Positions 31,531-38,702 of a stretch of DNA of 52,399 nt are shown here, piece by piece. Within the stretch, counting starts at the first letter, position 1, and every line of letters begins with the position of its first letter. The translations under genes were made by a program, and so were the position numbers. The DNA is from an uncultured Mycoplasmatota bacterium (GTDB lineage Bacteria > Bacillota_I > Bacilli_A > RF39 > UBA660): positions 1 to 52,399 of the forward strand of contig CAMLWN010000003.1 in the NCBI GenBank assembly GCA_946490195.1, written 5' to 3'. The notes beneath the pieces are model-generated. The model saw only the letters and a program-made list of their open reading frames with translations, did no database searches and was not told the origin of the DNA.

Positions 31531-32287
31531 AATAAACATTACAACTTATGTTTTTTTTCTCATTTCTTTTCTCTGTGGATATTTCAAAAATATTCTTTTC
31601 ATTTTTTGCATTGTTTTCTTTCATGAAATGGGTCATGTTTTTTTGATAAAACTTTTTCACTATCAAATTGTTAAAGTAGAGTTTTATCCATTTGGAGGGA
31701 TAACCGAAGTAGATAAACCGATTAATTCATCCATCAACAAAGAGTTACTTATTTCTCTAGGAGGAATTTTTTTTCAATTTCTTTTTTATATAATCATTAT
31801 GTTAAGTTATAAAAATTCTTTGATTTCTTTTGAAAATTACTCATTACTATCATTTTATAATAAAACTATTATGATTTTTAATTTATTACCAATTATTCCC
31901 TTAGATGGGAGTGTCTTTGTTCATACTTTCCTTGAAAAATTTTTTTCTTATCAAAAATCTTTTCGATTATATCAAATTCTTTCCTTTTTCTCCTTTTTCC
32001 TTTTTATTTTATATAACATATTTTTCTCAATTGACAATTATTTTATATGCGTAGTCTTATTTGTTCAATTGCTACTTGTTCAAAAAAGAAAAAAATATTA
32101 TATTCATCGGTTTTATTTAGAAAGATTTTTATATTCCTTTCCTTACAAAAAAATACAAAATCAAAAAGAAGAAGATATATCTGTATTAAAAAAAGAAACA
32201 CGTCATTTTTTTTATGAAAAAAATCGATATTTAACCGAAAAAGAAAAAATTATGGAACACTTTAAGATGGGAAGAGAAAAATTCTAA
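31505..32287 (+). CDS. spoIVFB: SpoIVFB-like site-2 (M50) intramembrane protease
   Basis: HEMGH, YPFGG, FNLLPIIPLDG. Confidence 0.8.
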   Translation: MKNIKIKCKINITTYVFFLISFLCGYFKNILFIFCIVFFHEMGHVFLIKLFHYQIVKVEFYPFGGITEVDKPINSSINKELLISLGGIFFQFLFYIIIMLSYKNSLISFENYSLLSFYNKTIMIFNLLPIIPLDGSVFVHTFLEKFFSYQKSFRLYQILSFFSFFLFILYNIFFSIDNYFICVVLFVQLLLVQKRKKYYIHRFYLERFLYSFPYKKIQNQKEEDISVLKKETRHFFYEKNRYLTEKEKIMEHFKMGREKF

Positions 32288-32316
32288 AATTTAAAGTTTA
32301 TATTGTAAATTAATGG

Positions 32317-32345
32317 TTGACGTTTTTTAAGAAATATAGTAAACT
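32317..32345 (+). promoter_or_regulatory. Sigma-A promoter of tRNA-Ser
   Basis: TTGACG-17-TAAACT. Confidence 0.6.
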
Positions 32346-32367
32346 TAATAAGTAACCACTTGGTGAT

Positions 32368-32458
32368 GGAGTAGTACTCAAGAGGCTGAAGAGGCGCCCC
32401 TGCTAAGGGTGTAGGTCGGGAAACCGGCGCGAGAGTTCAAATCTCTCCTGCTCCGCCA
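32368..32458 (+). tRNA. tRNA-Ser (GCT)
   Basis: Cloverleaf with long variable arm, anticodon loop CT-GCT-AA, TTCAAAT, encoded CCA. Confidence 0.97.
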
Positions 32459-32523
32459 TTAATAGTTTATAATCCATTTAATGGTTTATATATAGAGTTT
32501 TTTTCAAAAAATGAAAAAAATAC

Positions 32524-32552
32524 TTGTCAAATGCATTATTATAAGGTAAAAT
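32524..32552 (+). promoter_or_regulatory. Sigma-A promoter of the tRNA-Ile-Glu-Lys operon
   Basis: TTGTCA-17-TAAAAT. Confidence 0.6.
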
Positions 32553-32573
32553 GTAATAGTCGATTGACAAAAT

Positions 32574-32650
<77 letters not shown>

Positions 32651-32661
32651 TTTTGTTTTTT

Positions 32662-32738
32662 GGCCCGTTGGTGAAGTGGTTGAACACACATGCCTTTCAC
32701 GCATGCATTCATGGGTTCAAATCCCGTACGGGTCACCA
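32662..32738 (+). tRNA. tRNA-Glu (TTC)
   Basis: CATGC-CT-TTC-AC-GCATG, CCA; the 3' 28 nt are repeated at 40491-40518. Confidence 0.97.
32711..32738 (+). repeat. attL core
   Basis: ATGGGTTCAAATCCCGTACGGGTCACCA, identical to 40491-40518. Confidence 0.85.
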
Positions 32739-32741
32739 TAT

Positions 32742-32817
32742 GTCTCCATAGCTCAGTTGGTAGAGCAACTGACTCTTAATCAGTGGGTCCAGAGTTCGAA
32801 CCTCTGTGGGGACACCA
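32742..32817 (+). tRNA. tRNA-Lys (CTT), copy 1
   Basis: ACTGA-CT-CTT-AA-TCAGT, T-loop TTCGAAC, CCA. Confidence 0.96.
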
Positions 32818-32859
32818 CGATAGATTAAAACATTTAAAATGTTTTAAAGAGTTTAAAAA

Positions 32860-32886
32860 AATTAAAATCATAAGTTAACGTAATAA
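32860..32886 (+). repeat. 27-bp direct repeat, copy 1 (just beyond the integrase stop)
   Basis: AATTAAAATCATAAGTTAACGTAATAA, identical to 33693-33719. Confidence 0.9.
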
Positions 32887-32889
32887 TTT

Positions 32890-33795
32890 TTAAAACTCAT
32901 TAGAAGAAAGCACATTCAATGTGTTTTTTTCGTTATGTAAATAAAAATCAAGAGTAGTAGATTTTTTTGCATGACCTAATAAAGTAGATACAAAATCAAT
33001 AGGTTGTTTTTTATGTATTCGATAAGTAGCACAACTATGCCTAAACTCATGTTGTGTAATACTAGGTAATTTAGCTTTAATATATGCTTTTTTCTTATAT
33101 CTATCAATAGTAGTAGGTGCTAACGGAGTTAAACCTCCAAAAATAAAATAATCATTATTACAACAACCATATTTTTTAATATAATATCTTTTCAAAAAAC
33201 AAATTCTAAGACGCATAGAAACATCAATTTTAAACAATCGAACAGATGATTGATTTTTTGGAGTATCTAATTCCCTTTTTCCTTTTCTTTGTAAACTATG
33301 TACAACACAAATATATTTATTTCTTTTAAAATCTAAAAATCTTAACCCCATAGTTTCACTCGGCCTAGTGCCATAAAAAAACATAAAAGTAAAAAATTGT
33401 TTGAGAATAAAATCATCTAAATAAAATCTAAACTTTCTAAATTGCCAAACATTATATGTTGTATGATGACTACATTCAATTTTACGTTGAAAAGGACCAA
33501 CACACTCAACAATATTTTCCTTTAAATATCCAAGACAAACACAATATTTAATAAACGAATTAAAAGCATAATATAATCTAGCATTATACTTATTTTTATA
33601 ATTATATTTCAAAATATTATTTTGCCATTCAACAACATCTTTCTTTGTTAAAGAACTAATATCTCTACCGACAAAATGTGGAAAGATATGATAATTAAAA
33701 TCATAAGTTAACGTAATAAATCCTTGTTTTTTATGCCGATTTTTAGCATAGTTTTTAAATTCTTCGTAAGCTTTTTCAAAGCTCATTTTTTTCAC
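32890..33795 (-). CDS. Tyrosine recombinase / phage integrase
   Basis: SAM-like N domain; YGTRPSE (R), TPKN..S.R (K), HEFRH, LGH, terminal FY.H (Y). Confidence 0.93.
   Translation of the reverse strand: MKKMSFEKAYEEFKNYAKNRHKKQGFITLTYDFNYHIFPHFVGRDISSLTKKDVVEWQNNILKYNYKNKYNARLYYAFNSFIKYCVCLGYLKENIVECVGPFQRKIECSHHTTYNVWQFRKFRFYLDDFILKQFFTFMFFYGTRPSETMGLRFLDFKRNKYICVVHSLQRKGKRELDTPKNQSSVRLFKIDVSMRLRICFLKRYYIKKYGCCNNDYFIFGGLTPLAPTTIDRYKKKAYIKAKLPSITQHEFRHSCATYRIHKKQPIDFVSTLLGHAKKSTTLDFYLHNEKNTLNVLSSNEF
33693..33719 (+). repeat. 27-bp direct repeat, copy 2 (inside the integrase 5' coding region)
   Basis: Identical to 32860-32886; overlaps the FITLTYDFN codons. Confidence 0.9.
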
Positions 33796-33875
33796 TCCTT
33801 ATCCTATATAATCACTTCCTTTATAATTAAAGTATAAGTGATTATTATTTTATTTACAATATTTTTTTAACACAA

Positions 33876-33951
33876 ACACCAAAAATAATGTATGGTTAAA
33901 ATAATACACGAAAAATAATGTATTGTCAAGTGTTAATTTTTGTACTATAAT
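33876..33951 (+). promoter_or_regulatory. Tandem operator-like repeats and repressor promoter
   Basis: ACAC(C/G)AAAAATAATGTAT at 33876-33893 and 33906-33923; TTGTCA-17-TATAAT at 33923-33951. Confidence 0.6.
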
Positions 33952-33974
33952 AAAAACAAAAAGGAAGTGAAAAA

Positions 33975-34208
33975 GTGAACAGATTAAAAGAAGCAAGAGA
34001 AAAAAGAGAAATATGGCAAAAAGATATCGCAGATTATTTAAAAATAACTCAACAAACCTATAGCGAATATGAACTTGAAAAAAGAAAAATACCATTATGG
34101 TTAATGATAAAACTAGCGAACTATTATAATACTAGTATAGATTACTTAGCAGGATTAACAGATGAAGAAAAACCATACCCAAGAAAGGAAACAAAAAATG
34201 AAATATAA
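33975..34208 (+). CDS. XRE/Cro-C1 HTH repressor
   Basis: RLKEARE...QKDIADYLKITQQTYSEYE..KR.IP...LANYYNTSIDYLAG. Confidence 0.92.
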   Translation: MNRLKEAREKREIWQKDIADYLKITQQTYSEYELEKRKIPLWLMIKLANYYNTSIDYLAGLTDEEKPYPRKETKNEI

Positions 34209-34365
34209 TGAAAATTTTGTAAAAGCAGTAGCAATAACAGTAATAATAGTACAAATAATTGTTTTAATACCTATACTAAAAAATCATTTTGAAAATTATA
34301 TAAATGATATAGTAGATAAAAGAATAGAAGAAAAAGCAATAGAAATAATAAATGCAATAAAATAG
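34198..34365 (+). CDS. Small single-TM protein (possible superinfection exclusion)
   Basis: ATG 34198 behind AAGGA; AVAITVIIVQIIVLIPIL helix; follows the repressor on the same strand. Confidence 0.55.
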   Translation: MKYNENFVKAVAITVIIVQIIVLIPILKNHFENYINDIVDKRIEEKAIEIINAIK

Positions 34366-34393
34366 AAAAAGAAGAAAATGAATTCTTCTTTTT
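34366..34393. terminator. Bidirectional terminator
   Basis: AAAAAGAAGAA-AATGAA-TTCTTCTTTTT between convergent units. Confidence 0.6.
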
Positions 34394-34407
34394 TAATTTC
34401 AATAAAA

Positions 34408-34494
34408 GGGAAAGGGTGGACTCGAACCACCAACAACGCTACCATTCGCGTTTATGGACCATGGACCAAGCTTATCCAGTTTAGCTACTTTCCC
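34408..34494 (-). ncRNA. tRNA-like RNA with non-canonical anticodon arm
   Basis: Perfect acceptor GGGAAAG/CTTTCCC, U8-A9, D arm GCT..TGG..AGC, T arm GGTGG-TTCGAGT-CCACC, extra arm AACGC/GCGTT. No 5-bp/7-nt anticodon arm and no encoded CCA. Confidence 0.8.
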
Positions 34495-34523
34495 ATAATA
34501 GAAGACAACTAGTCTTCTTTTAA

Positions 34524-35123
34524 TTAATCAAAAAAATCACTACCGATATGATACCTTACACTTGATACTTTTGCATTATGTGAGTCAACTAACTTAGTAA
34601 AGTACCATGAGTTACGTCTAAATGCGTCCCACATATTAATTTTACGAGCATAAGCTCCAATAACAGGCCATTCTATATATTCTCCAGGAGAATAATTCAA
34701 AATAAATTTTTCAATAGTCTCAACTTTATCGGATTCAGGAACATTTTCAGTAACTAATTTTAGGAATCGCTGTATTAACTTATCAGAATTTCCCTTAACA
34801 TCCTCAGGATTATACTGAAATTTATCATCATAACCAAAATGAACCAAATATCTTAAGCAACCATTCATACTCTTTTTTACTGGCTCAATCATGTTTTCTT
34901 TGACTTCTATTCGTTTAGATAAAGCAGAAATAGTACAAGCGTCTTTACGTCGTAAAACATAATGATAATGTGGCTTTTTATCGTTTCCCTCATCATCTAT
35001 ATCTTTATCGTGTCTTATATAAATTGTTTCTCCCTCTTGAGATAAATAAAATGATTGCTTATCATAATCAGGGTCATCCTCATAAATGACAATTGTAAAA
35101 TTTCTAAATCTTTTTGTATTCAT
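34524..35123 (-). CDS. rep: Rolling-circle replication initiator, HUH, Rep_2/pMV158-like
   Basis: FTIVIY (motif I), HDKD...KKPHYH (HUH), YLVH...K.QY (motif III). Confidence 0.88.
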   Translation of the reverse strand: MNTKRFRNFTIVIYEDDPDYDKQSFYLSQEGETIYIRHDKDIDDEGNDKKPHYHYVLRRKDACTISALSKRIEVKENMIEPVKKSMNGCLRYLVHFGYDDKFQYNPEDVKGNSDKLIQRFLKLVTENVPESDKVETIEKFILNYSPGEYIEWPVIGAYARKINMWDAFRRNSWYFTKLVDSHNAKVSSVRYHIGSDFFD

Positions 35124-35323
35124 AATTTTTCTCCTCTCAACTTTTTAAATAAATAATAAAAAAGAAATAGTAATAATATTAAAAAAGAAATAAAAATTGC
35201 AATAGATAAAAAACTAATAAAAAAATATTTAGCAATAGAAAAAATAAATTCTTTTTCTTCTAATGTTAAAGGCTTACCATTACCTCTAATAATAATCGGA
35301 ATATAATGAAAAGCAATAATCAT
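35120..35323 (-). CDS. Small membrane protein
   Basis: 67 aa, long hydrophobic helix, overlaps the rep start, AGGAG RBS. Confidence 0.55.
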   Translation of the reverse strand: MIIAFHYIPIIIRGNGKPLTLEEKEFIFSIAKYFFISFLSIAIFISFLILLLFLFYYLFKKLRGEKL

Positions 35324-35380
35324 AACTAATTCTCCTAAATTACACTAAAAATAGTAAAAATCACTAATTGCACAGAATAC

Positions 35381-35421
35381 ACAAAAATTACATACTATGA
35401 CGTAGCCCGTGTAATTTTTGT
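35381..35421. other. Candidate double-strand origin (nick-site hairpin)
   Basis: 12-bp perfect stem ACAAAAATTACA/TGTAATTTTTGT; loop TACTATGACGTAGCCCG resembles the pMV158-family TACTACG/AC. Confidence 0.5.
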
Positions 35422-35468
35422 CTTAAAAACGACAAATTTTAGTAAACATAATGCATATAAAACGTAAA

Positions 35469-35666
35469 TTAAATTGATTGAATAAAGGCAAGTAATGAAT
35501 TATAACAATCAATTGTTACTTCAATTTGATAATCATCAGTAAAATAGATTCTTACAAAATCTCCAAGAATGTCAAAATAAACAATATGAGAAACATTAAT
35601 CAATAAAGGATAAAAATAATCTTCTTTATCATAAAAATCATTTTCATTAATCATAAAAAATTTCAT
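35469..35666 (-). CDS. Hypothetical phage protein
   Basis: 65 aa with AAAGGAG RBS. Confidence 0.6.
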   Translation of the reverse strand: MKFFMINENDFYDKEDYFYPLLINVSHIVYFDILGDFVRIYFTDDYQIEVTIDCYNSLLAFIQSI

Positions 35667-35715
35667 AGTAAAACTCCTTTCTAGTTTTTTTGTATTAACA
35701 AAATACCTTTTATGC

Positions 35716-35859
35716 AGGGAAACCTATGGTTTCCCTCTAAACCTTTCCTATAACTTATTTATCGCTAGAAATTCTATAGCATATAAATAGTGATAATTTT
35801 ATAGTCTATCTATAGTACACATTTCGAGAAAGAAGGAGAATTTTTCTTACGAAAAATTC
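35716..35859. other. Hairpin-rich intergenic region (candidate single-strand origin or packaging signal)
   Basis: AGGGAAACC-TAT-GGTTTCCCT (35716-35736) and GAATTTTTC-TTAC-GAAAAATTC (35838-35859) in a ~330-nt ORF-free gap. Confidence 0.4.
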
Positions 35860-35993
35860 ATGATAAGGAAAAGCCCCCCTTACATCTAATTAAATCTACC
35901 ATAGAACGTTTTTAATTATAATGTATATGATTATACTATAGCTCTATTAAAGAGACGCTACGGCTCCGCCTTGCTGTAATTTCCAGCATATTT

Positions 35994-36269
35994 TTAATCT
36001 AAATCAATTAAAGGTATTTTGTTGAGACACCAGATAATAAAATGATAAATATGCTCGAAATTGAGCACGATAACCAAAAGAGGTACCAAGGTTTTAATAG
36101 TATCTATATCGACAAAAAAACCTAATAAACCTAAATTATCAAAAATCAAATCCACAAAACTATTTAAATCAGCTAATAAAGTAATTTCTATTTGAGGAAT
36201 ATCTGGAATAATAGCAAAAATCAAAGCTATCAAAGAATAAACAACTTCTAAAAAAATTTCTAAAATCAT
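35994..36269 (-). CDS. pVI-like minor coat membrane protein
   Basis: 91 aa, hydrophobic, directly downstream of and overlapping the pIII-like gene; ends KIP. Confidence 0.65.
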   Translation of the reverse strand: MILEIFLEVVYSLIALIFAIIPDIPQIEITLLADLNSFVDLIFDNLGLLGFFVDIDTIKTLVPLLVIVLNFEHIYHFIIWCLNKIPLIDLD

Positions 36270-38062
36270 AATCTTCGTCTCCTTGTAATTCGTCTATTAC
36301 TAACAGAACTAGAAGTATGTAGATTGCCACGCTCGTCAGTAGTGGAATTATCAGAAATAATCTCGGTATCGTAAGTGACTACAGAACCACCGAAAACTTC
36401 ATTAAATTTATTCCAGCACGTGTTCATAAACATCAAAAGCAAAATTGCATTTAATCCCATTATATAAATATCATGAGCATTCTTAATTGTAGGATTTTCT
36501 AACAAAGTAGCTAAATCATAAGAACCAGCATTAATAATATTCTGATTAAAATTAGGTACAGCAATATTCCCCCATGAAATTACATATGAACCAGTATCCT
36601 CAAGTGCGACAAATCGTTCTAAAAAGTTTAAAGTCCACGTAAATGGATAAGCAAGAAAACCCATTTGATTATTAATTAAATTATTCATTCGAGAGAGCCA
36701 TGACTCTAAAGACTCTTGACTAGGCAAAAATATACGTGCAGTCGCTTTCAAAAAATCCATAAACCAAATATTGAATTTCATTTGCCAATATTCAAAAGCA
36801 TCATTAGAAAAATCAGTTAAATTATCCCAAAAATCCGTAAAAAAGCCAACAATTGACTCCCAAAATCCTTTTTCTTCTTCGTATGGCGTTAATACATTAA
36901 TGTATTTACTTACTGTAGTTGAAAGATTACCATTGGCATCCTCAACTTTCATATAAACGTAATGATTACCAAAACCAACATTTACAAAAGTATAATTAGG
37001 ATTAGTAGTGGTATACCATTGACCATCATCAAGACGATAATAATACTTTACAATGTCAGACTCAACGCCATAGCTAGAGCTAGCATCAACAAAAATTGAT
37101 GCATTTTCTTCAGATGTACCAGTTTGCTTTAAAACGAAACTCGCAGTAGGCAAAGGACTATCAGTCACTGTAAATGTTGTTTGAGTCATACTACCTTGCG
37201 AGCCGTCACGATAAACCGCGTTTACATAAACCGTATAAGTTCCATTTGATAAATTTTCATAAGTATAGGTAGTTGAGGTAGAATAATTTTCTGTCGCATC
37301 TACAGTTGGTAGATAATAATAATATCCAACTACATCACTATCGGAACCACTAACGGTTATCGTAGCAGTGCTACCACTAACAGAACTAGAAAGTGTTAAA
37401 AACGGGTGGTCTAAACACTCATAATAAACATTTTCCTCAATAGAAATAGAATAATTAATAATTGTATAATGACCTGTTTCAGTAGTGAGTTCCTTAAATG
37501 GTTCACTATAAGTATGAAAATGAAGTCTATTATAATTTTGATTAATATATGGACATGTAACGGTTATATTACTTGTAGTATCAGCAACAGCAGTACATTT
37601 ATAAGTCTCGTCATGGTCATTGTTGTTAGATATCCAAAACTCCACATCTTCCCAATAATTATAAGCGTTAAAATTAGAGTCGATTTTTTCGCCTTGTTCA
37701 TCTATTTTAAACGCCTTTAATCGAAAAGTAATCGTTGCTTGATTATCTCCACAAGTAAAAGTATTATCATCTAAATAAAGCCGAATATTAAAACGATTAG
37801 GTGCAACATAATAATTATCTAAAGCATTAGTAAAAACACCAAATTTATCACTATAATAAGACGGACTAATTACATTACCGACAGAAGTAGAGGAACTATA
37901 CTGACTTTCCAACATATGCCAGTTAGTAAACTGATTTTCCTGTTCATTATTATTAATATAATAAAATGAAACATTTTCCATTGTTGTATTCAAAGCATTA
38001 GCGGTCAATGAGCCGACAAACAAAAGACCAATTAAAAATATAAAGAAAAGGATTTTTTTCAT
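36266..38062 (-). CDS. pIII-like adsorption protein with two Ig-like modules
   Basis: Signal peptide (LTANA|L), beta-rich N domain, two Ig/FN3-like repeats, amphipathic and TM C-region, basic tail; largest gene of the element. Confidence 0.7.
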   Translation of the reverse strand: MKKILFFIFLIGLLFVGSLTANALNTTMENVSFYYINNNEQENQFTNWHMLESQYSSSTSVGNVISPSYYSDKFGVFTNALDNYYVAPNRFNIRLYLDDNTFTCGDNQATITFRLKAFKIDEQGEKIDSNFNAYNYWEDVEFWISNNNDHDETYKCTAVADTTSNITVTCPYINQNYNRLHFHTYSEPFKELTTETGHYTIINYSISIEENVYYECLDHPFLTLSSSVSGSTATITVSGSDSDVVGYYYYLPTVDATENYSTSTTYTYENLSNGTYTVYVNAVYRDGSQGSMTQTTFTVTDSPLPTASFVLKQTGTSEENASIFVDASSSYGVESDIVKYYYRLDDGQWYTTTNPNYTFVNVGFGNHYVYMKVEDANGNLSTTVSKYINVLTPYEEEKGFWESIVGFFTDFWDNLTDFSNDAFEYWQMKFNIWFMDFLKATARIFLPSQESLESWLSRMNNLINNQMGFLAYPFTWTLNFLERFVALEDTGSYVISWGNIAVPNFNQNIINAGSYDLATLLENPTIKNAHDIYIMGLNAILLLMFMNTCWNKFNEVFGGSVVTYDTEIISDNSTTDERGNLHTSSSVSNRRITRRRRL

Positions 38063-38064
38063 TT

Positions 38065-38547
38065 TTACCGTCTCCTTTTAAACATTAAAACGAAAAATAT
38101 TAAAATAATTGAACAAGTGACCAGCAAAAAATATGGTTGATAATCCACAGTTTCAGATGTTGACTGTTGAGGCGGTAAAACTTCATAACCTAACATTTCA
38201 AAAAAATTAGTTTCATAAACATTAGTAGTTGGGTTACAAGTAGACAATGAAGAACTTCTATCATTAGTAGTATATAAACCGGTTATATCATTTTTAGTTA
38301 ATTTAAAAGAAAAATCAACTTTAGAAAAAATAACCTCATCAAAGTTTAACGAATAGTGCTGATAACCTTTAGTCATATCAAATTCTTTTTTTAAACAAAC
38401 TTGATAATCTTTACCAGTCCAATATATAAGATAATAACTATAATACTCTTCATTTTTTGAAAATTCATAGGCATCAAAATATTTTAAATTCATATAATTT
38501 TTAACATAATCCACTACATAATCAGGTACAAGATATTCACTATTCAT
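38065..38547 (-). CDS. Hypothetical phage protein with C-terminal TM anchor
   Basis: 160 aa ending FLLVTCSIILIFFVLMFKRRR. Confidence 0.65.
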   Translation of the reverse strand: MNSEYLVPDYVVDYVKNYMNLKYFDAYEFSKNEEYYSYYLIYWTGKDYQVCLKKEFDMTKGYQHYSLNFDEVIFSKVDFSFKLTKNDITGLYTTNDRSSSLSTCNPTTNVYETNFFEMLGYEVLPPQQSTSETVDYQPYFLLVTCSIILIFFVLMFKRRR

Positions 38548-38552
38548 ATCAA

Positions 38553-38702
38553 TTAATCAAGTCGAATACGACGACGTCCACCGACAAAATCTAGAAACAT
38601 ATTCATTATTCTAGAGCATATTTCAAATAACACATAAATAGGTGCCATGAACATCATCAAATTGGCTAATAAATCAATAATAATTTGATAATTCACTTCC
38701 AT
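38553..38702 (-). CDS. Small hydrophobic virion protein (pVII/pIX-like)
   Basis: 49 aa from ATG 38702 behind AAGGAAG; TM helix plus GGRRRIRLD tail. Confidence 0.55.
   Translation of the reverse strand: MEVNYQIIIDLLANLMMFMAPIYVLFEICSRIMNMFLDFVGGRRRIRLD

Noticed and set aside
33850-34095. 81-aa hydrophobic minus-strand ORF upstream of the integrase
   Set aside because: Antisense to the XRE repressor and runs through the AT-rich promoter region; its hydrophobicity follows from T-richness.
34408-34494. Calling the tRNA-like element a normal tRNA (Met CAT, His ATG, Pro TGG, Trp CCA or Thr GGT)
   Set aside because: No register gives a 5-bp stem with a 7-nt loop and U33, so no anticodon can be assigned.
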